DNA of 32,000 nucleotides from Dickeya solani IPO 2222. GTDB lineage: Bacteria; Pseudomonadota; Gammaproteobacteria; Enterobacterales; Enterobacteriaceae. Under the pieces are notes generated by a model. It was not told where the DNA came from and did no database searches. It worked only from the letters and a program-made list of their open reading frames with translations. The stretch spans positions 300,001 to 332,000 of the forward strand of contig NZ_CP015137.1 of NCBI RefSeq assembly GCF_001644705.1, in the 5' to 3' direction. The number at the start of each line of letters is the position of its first letter. Position 1 is the stretch's first letter. The translations under genes were made by a program, and so were the position numbers. This document shows, in pieces, positions 27,537 to 32,000 of the stretch.

Positions 27537-29237
27537 TTAAAAGGTTTCCCAGTTCTCGGTAGTTTTACTGCCTCTGGCCTTTTTCTCTTTTTCTGCGAAA
27601 GCAGGCGTTGCCAGGAGAACCGGTTTGGTAACCGGCGCGCGTGAAGCAATCGCAGCGGGGCGTCCAGCCATCGCATCGTCTGACAACCGGAATACGGCCA
27701 CCGCCTGATTCAGCACCCGGACCTGCTCTTCAAGAGCGTTCGCCGCAGAAGCGGACTCTTCCACCAACGAGGCATTCTGTTGGGTAACACGGTCCATCTC
27801 GGTCACAGCCAGGCCAACCTGATCGATACCGCGGCTTTGCTCCTCAGACGCCGAAGCGATTTCACCCATGATGTCAGTCACGCGGGTAACGGCACCAACG
27901 ATCTCGCCCATGGTTTCCCCCGCACTTTCAACCAGTACGGAGCCTTCCTCAACCCGATTCACCGAATCCTCAATCAGAGATTTAATCTCTTTTGCCGCTT
28001 GAGCACTGCGTTGAGCCAGATTACGCACTTCCCCAGCCACAACAGCAAAGCCTCTTCCCTGCTCTCCGGCTCTGGCCGCTTCGACAGCTGCGTTCAGCGC
28101 CAGAATGTTGGTCTGGAAAGCAATACCGTCGATCACGCTGGTGATATCAGCAATCTTCTGCGAACTGCCAGCAATGTTATGCATGGTTTTCACCACGTTA
28201 TCGACAACCTTACCGCCTTTCTGCGCTGTTTCAGAGGCGCTCAACGCCAGTTGGCTCGCCTGCCGCGCATTTTCGGCGTTCTGCTTCACGGTGGATGTCA
28301 ACTGCTCCATGCTGGCTGCGGTTTCTTCCAACGCTGCAGCCTGCTGCTCGGTTCTTGAGGACAGGTCACTGTTGCCAGCGCTGATTTCCGATGCGCCGGT
28401 ATAAATGGCCTCTGCACCCTGCCGAACCGCACTGACCGTCGTAAAGAACTCAGTCTGCATGTGACGAAGGCTATCAGCCAGGATCCCCATTTCATTCGTG
28501 CCATGGAAATCAATCCGGGTAGACAGGTCGCCTTTCGCCATATGCCGGATATGTTCAATAAGATTAGTCAATGGCTGAATAAGCGAACGGTTGATACCCA
28601 GCCAGACAAGCAACGCCATCACGACAACCAGTATCGCTACCGATATCAACAGCCATAACGCCGTTGAATAAGCCGAATTATTTTCCTCCACGGCATTGGC
28701 ATAGACTTTGTCGTAAGATTCTTTGTAAGAATAATAGGCCTTCTCGAACTTGTCCTGAAAACTTTGAGTTGGCTGATCAAAAAACTCTTTCAGCTTGCCA
28801 TTAGAGATAAAAATAATCAGATCACTTAATGCGCTGTTCAACGCGGTGTAATTATCTTTCACCACTTGAGCTACAGCCGGATCTTGCTGATTGGTATAAG
28901 GGATCTTTTCATAGTTGGCAAAGTGGGTATTAGCGATAACCAGCTGCTTTTTCGCCAGTTCAATCAGTTCTTTGGCTGACACGCCGCCAGATGCCCCGCC
29001 TGATGCGTCCATGGCATAACGCGTTCCAGCACGGTTCAACGTGTTACGCGTCTGCAATAAATAAGACCAGGTAGATTCCAGTTCTGATTTCTGCTGATTA
29101 ATAATTCGTGTCGTCGTGAAGATATCTCTATCCGACTTCAGTGCATTAAAAAATAACCCACCAGAAATGATTTGAAGAGCAATGAATAGTCCAAGAACGA
29201 TAACGAGCCCGGTAACAACTTTTACACGATTCAGCAT
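27537..29237 (-). CDS. Methyl-accepting chemotaxis protein, Tsr-like (four-helix-bundle sensor, HAMP domain, methylation helices, NWETF tether)
   Basis: 566 aa counted from ATG 29237 ([34 protein letters not shown]...), which aligns with E. coli Tsr Met1. The periplasmic motif [15 protein letters not shown] resembles the Tsr ligand-site helix. The signalling tip is fully conserved ([37 protein letters not shown]). The C-terminal NWETF pentapeptide is present. The ORF-track TTG at 29255 adds 6 non-conserved residues. Confidence 0.95.
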   Translation of the reverse strand: MLNRVKVVTGLVIVLGLFIALQIISGGLFFNALKSDRDIFTTTRIINQQKSELESTWSYLLQTRNTLNRAGTRYAMDASGGASGGVSAKELIELAKKQLVIANTHFANYEKIPYTNQQDPAVAQVVKDNYTALNSALSDLIIFISNGKLKEFFDQPTQSFQDKFEKAYYSYKESYDKVYANAVEENNSAYSTALWLLISVAILVVVMALLVWLGINRSLIQPLTNLIEHIRHMAKGDLSTRIDFHGTNEMGILADSLRHMQTEFFTTVSAVRQGAEAIYTGASEISAGNSDLSSRTEQQAAALEETAASMEQLTSTVKQNAENARQASQLALSASETAQKGGKVVDNVVKTMHNIAGSSQKIADITSVIDGIAFQTNILALNAAVEAARAGEQGRGFAVVAGEVRNLAQRSAQAAKEIKSLIEDSVNRVEEGSVLVESAGETMGEIVGAVTRVTDIMGEIASASEEQSRGIDQVGLAVTEMDRVTQQNASLVEESASAANALEEQVRVLNQAVAVFRLSDDAMAGRPAAIASRAPVTKPVLLATPAFAEKEKKARGSKTTENWETF

Positions 29238-29319
29238 ATTAAGCCTTAATAACAACGATCACTGATGCTTGCGCATCTCTATAACTTTTGAATTCCAGAG
29301 ATTGAGGGTATCAAATAAC

Positions 29320-29341
29320 TTGGGCCACCGAAGTGGCCCAA
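29320..29341 (-). terminator. Intrinsic terminator after cheW (end of the mot-che operon)
   Basis: A 9-bp GC-rich stem, TTGGGCCAC with GTGGCCCAA, carries a UUCG tetraloop on the minus-strand RNA and is followed by AGUUAUUUGA. It lies 14 nt downstream of the cheW stop. Confidence 0.65.
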
Positions 29342-29354
29342 TATGGCTGGTTTA

Positions 29355-29852
29355 TTAAACCTTCATGACGCTATCAACCAACGCCATTTCCTCGCTGCTG
29401 AGTAGCTTCTCAATATCAACCAGAATCAGCATACGCTCCCCCAGGGAACCCAACCCGGTGAGGTATTCCGTCGACAGGGTCACCGCAAACTCCGGTGCCG
29501 GACGAATTTGATCAGCGGTCAGTGACAACACGTCAGACACGCCATCAACCACGATGCCCACCACACGCTGCCCCAGATTCAAAACAATGACGACCGTATT
29601 GTCATCATAGTCGACTTCCTGCTGCATGAATTTGATACGCAAATCGACGATCGGCACAATCACGCCACGAAGATTGGTAACACCTTTAATAAAGGTCGGC
29701 GTGTTGGCAATGCGAGTGACCTGATCGTAACCACGAATCTCTTGAACCTTCAAAATGTCCACGCCGTACTCTTCGTCACCCAGCGTGAAAATCAAAAATT
29801 CCTGACCTACTGTCTCGCCTGCTAATTTTGTGACATTTGCAAGTCCAGTCAT
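29355..29852 (-). CDS. cheW: CheW, chemotaxis coupling protein
   Basis: 165 aa counted from ATG 29852 ([52 protein letters not shown]...), nearly identical to E. coli CheW from Met1. An AAGGTGAG ribosome-binding site lies upstream. The ORF-track GTG at 29861 adds 3 residues. Confidence 0.97.
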   Translation of the reverse strand: MTGLANVTKLAGETVGQEFLIFTLGDEEYGVDILKVQEIRGYDQVTRIANTPTFIKGVTNLRGVIVPIVDLRIKFMQQEVDYDDNTVVIVLNLGQRVVGIVVDGVSDVLSLTADQIRPAPEFAVTLSTEYLTGLGSLGERMLILVDIEKLLSSEEMALVDSVMKV

Positions 29853-29887
29853 GTTTCTCACCTTTAATCTATAGCTGTAATTTGCTG

Positions 29888-31921
29888 TTAAGCTGCGGTT
29901 TCAACCACACGCTTTTCCCGATAAAGCGCCTGCAACGCAGAAACATCCACAATCAGCGCTACGCTACCATCACCCAAAATAGTTGCGGCTGAAACGCCTG
30001 GCACCTTGCGATAATTGCTTTCCAGGTTTTTCACAACAACCTGGTGCTGACCAATCAACTGGTCAACCAGCAAAGCATAACGACGGCCGGCACTCTGCAG
30101 AATAACAACGATACCCTGCGTGGCATCCGTTTTTGCTCCGGCGACATCGAACACCTGATACAGCTCAATCAGTGGCAGATATTCGCCACGAACCTGCAGT
30201 ACACGCTCCCCTCCAGCCAGAGGATACAAATCCTCGGCCTGCGGCTGCAGGGACTCCATGACAGCGTTAAGCGGCAGGATAAATACATCATTATTGACCT
30301 TGACCGACATCCCATCCAAGATCGCCAGCGTCAACGGCAGAAGAATGCGAATGGTGGTTCCCTTCCCTTTCACGAAATGAATTTCAACATGCCCACCCAT
30401 CTCCTGGATATTCCGTTTCACCACATCCATGCCAACGCCACGACCCGACACATCGGTCACTTTCTCGGCAGTAGAAAAACCGGGAGCAAAAATCAGCATG
30501 CCGACGTCTTCATCAGTCATGCTATCACTCACCGCCATCCCTTGGGACAAGGCTTTAGCCAGGATACGTTCGCGATTCAGACCCGCGCCGTCGTCAATCA
30601 CTTCGATACAGATATTGCCGCCCTGATGTTCTGCAGACAGCGTCAGGTTGCCCACAGCCGATTTGCCCGCCTCAATACGCTTTTCCGGTGACTCGATACC
30701 ATGGTCGAGACTGTTACGCACAAGGTGCGTCAACGGGTCAATAATGCGTTCGATCAGGCTCTTATCCAGCTCGGTTGAACTCCCCAACTGGGTCAGTTCA
30801 ACTTCTTTGCCCAGTTTGGCGGCCAGATCGCGAACCAGACGCGGGAAACGGCTGAATACATATTCCATCGGCATCATACGGATGGACATCACGGACTCTT
30901 GCAGGTCACGCGCGTTTCTTTCCAGCTGCCCCATGCTATTAAGCAGATCACCATGGGCGACCGGATCGAGAGCACTGGAACGCTGAGCCAGCATGGATTG
31001 AGTAATCACCAGTTCACCAACCAGGTTAATGAGCTGGTCAACTTTTTCTACCGCTACACGGATACTGGTATCACCGGTTTTTTGTCTGCCTTTGGCTGCG
31101 TCATTGCCGCCTGCCGGCTTGGCCACCGGTGCAACCGCCGCCACTGGCGCAACAGGCTGAACGGGTGCAGCAGGCGCTGGCTCGGCCGCCGTAGCAATTG
31201 GCGGAACAGCGTCGGCTGGCGGCGCCTCAGCAACAGATTTGAAGTTAATTTGCTCCGGCTCCAGCACAAAGCACAGCACAGCGCTGATGTCATCTTCGCT
31301 GGCCGACGTTTCCAGCGTTAGTTCAACACTGTTGCTGGTCTGCGCCGTATCTTTCACCGTACCCAGATTACCCAGCTCTTCAATCAACTGGGGAATATCT
31401 GACTCTTTCAGGCTGGTAAGGGCAATACGCAATCCCGAATGACCACCGGCGGGAGCCGGTGCACGGGATGCGGAACCCGGTTGTTCAGCCTCTACTTTGA
31501 CAGGGGCGGCTCCGGCAGCATCATCGTCTTTGGACTCCAGAGCAAGCTGGCGCAGAGCCTGACAGATATACTCAAAGCTTTCGGCGTTGGGCTCTTGCGA
31601 GGTTTTGTAAGCATCCAACTGATCCTGCATGATATCTTTGGTTTCCAAAAACAGGTTGATAATATCAGTGCTCAATCGCATTTCACCGCGTCTGGCACCA
31701 TCCAACAGGTTTTCTAATATGTGTGTAGTTTCCTGCAATACTTTGAAACCGAACGTTCCCGCGCCCCCTTTAATCGAGTGAGCAGCGCGAAATATGGCAT
31801 TCATCTGTTCCGTATCGGGCGCTAACGGATCAAGCTGCAATAAATGCTGCTCCATGTCCGCCAACAATTCATCTGCTTCATCAAAGAATGTTTGATAAAA
31901 AGCACTCATGTCCATACTCAC
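29888..31921 (-). CDS. cheA: CheA, chemotaxis histidine kinase
   Basis: 677 aa counted from GTG 31921 ([27 protein letters not shown]...), which aligns with the E. coli CheA N-terminus [20 protein letters not shown]. The phospho-acceptor His48 sits in [10 protein letters not shown]. The kinase-domain motifs [16 protein letters not shown] and GRGVGMD and the CheW-like P5 domain are all present. GAGGTG lies 6 nt upstream of the start. Confidence 0.96.
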   Translation of the reverse strand: MSMDMSAFYQTFFDEADELLADMEQHLLQLDPLAPDTEQMNAIFRAAHSIKGGAGTFGFKVLQETTHILENLLDGARRGEMRLSTDIINLFLETKDIMQDQLDAYKTSQEPNAESFEYICQALRQLALESKDDDAAGAAPVKVEAEQPGSASRAPAPAGGHSGLRIALTSLKESDIPQLIEELGNLGTVKDTAQTSNSVELTLETSASEDDISAVLCFVLEPEQINFKSVAEAPPADAVPPIATAAEPAPAAPVQPVAPVAAVAPVAKPAGGNDAAKGRQKTGDTSIRVAVEKVDQLINLVGELVITQSMLAQRSSALDPVAHGDLLNSMGQLERNARDLQESVMSIRMMPMEYVFSRFPRLVRDLAAKLGKEVELTQLGSSTELDKSLIERIIDPLTHLVRNSLDHGIESPEKRIEAGKSAVGNLTLSAEHQGGNICIEVIDDGAGLNRERILAKALSQGMAVSDSMTDEDVGMLIFAPGFSTAEKVTDVSGRGVGMDVVKRNIQEMGGHVEIHFVKGKGTTIRILLPLTLAILDGMSVKVNNDVFILPLNAVMESLQPQAEDLYPLAGGERVLQVRGEYLPLIELYQVFDVAGAKTDATQGIVVILQSAGRRYALLVDQLIGQHQVVVKNLESNYRKVPGVSAATILGDGSVALIVDVSALQALYREKRVVETAA

Positions 31922-31926
31922 GTGGG

Positions 31927-31998
31927 TCACCTCTGCTGTGAATCGCGGCTTGTTGAAGAAGGTGTCGCCTGGCTATCAGGTGCTGCTGGCAAGGCTGT
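31927..31998 (-). CDS. motB: MotB, stator protein, extreme C-terminal fragment (rest lies outside the window)
   Basis: The minus-strand frame reads ...TALPAAPDSQATPSSTSRDSQQR* and stops at TGA 31929-31927, 5 nt before the cheA start. A P/S/Q-rich tail and the position upstream of cheA match motB in the motAB-cheAW operon. The fragment is too short for a sequence-based assignment on its own. Confidence 0.55.
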   Translation of the reverse strand, partial: TALPAAPDSQATPSSTSRDSQQR

Positions 31999-32000
31999 AG

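Noticed and set aside
29238-29320. Search for a FliA promoter upstream of the MCP gene (for example TCAAAAGTTA...)
   Set aside because: A -35-like AAAAGTTA is present, but nothing resembling GCCGATAA lies at N11 or within one nt of it. It is reported as an open question, not as a feature.

Overview
This window is a contiguous, apparently intact flagellar and chemotaxis super-cluster from a gamma-proteobacterium of the order Enterobacterales. All protein calls rest on recalled similarity to E. coli/Salmonella orthologs, not on a database search.

Gene order:
- Plus strand: fliH (3' end), then fliIJK and fliLMNOPQR.
- Minus strand, convergent on fliR: flgL and flgK, preceded by flgBCDEFGHIJ.
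- Plus strand, divergent from flgB: flgA, flgM, flgN.
- Minus strand: flhBAE, cheRBYZ, one Tsr-like MCP, cheA, cheW, and the 3' end of motB.

This fuses the three separate E. coli flagellar regions (flg, flh/che/mot, fli) into one block. I recall that arrangement from Pectobacterium/Dickeya-type, Yersinia and Erwinia genomes, but I cannot name the species from sequence alone.

Gene boundaries are tightly packed, with many 1-8 nt overlaps (TGATG or ATGA type) that suggest translational coupling. I trimmed several ORF-track N-terminal extensions back to starts that align with orthologs.

Regulatory calls:
- Two strong sigma-28 (FliA) class-3 promoters, upstream of flgKL and flgM, plus a weaker one inside the MCP-cheR spacer.
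- A good FlhD4C2 box in the flgB/flgA divergent region.
- Several hairpin terminators.

I found no tRNA or rRNA genes, CRISPR arrays, transposases, integrases, or unassigned ORFs with credible coding signal. I therefore do not see evidence for a novel multi-gene system here.

The points most worth a second look:
1. An internal tandem duplication of a surface-domain segment in FlgK, which is 640 aa against about 550 aa in E. coli/Salmonella.
2. An unexplained 705-bp AT-rich non-coding spacer that separates the MCP gene from cheRBYZ and carries its own terminator and promoter signals.
3. A long FliK ruler protein.
4. A perfect 12-bp palindromic hairpin between cheZ and flhB.
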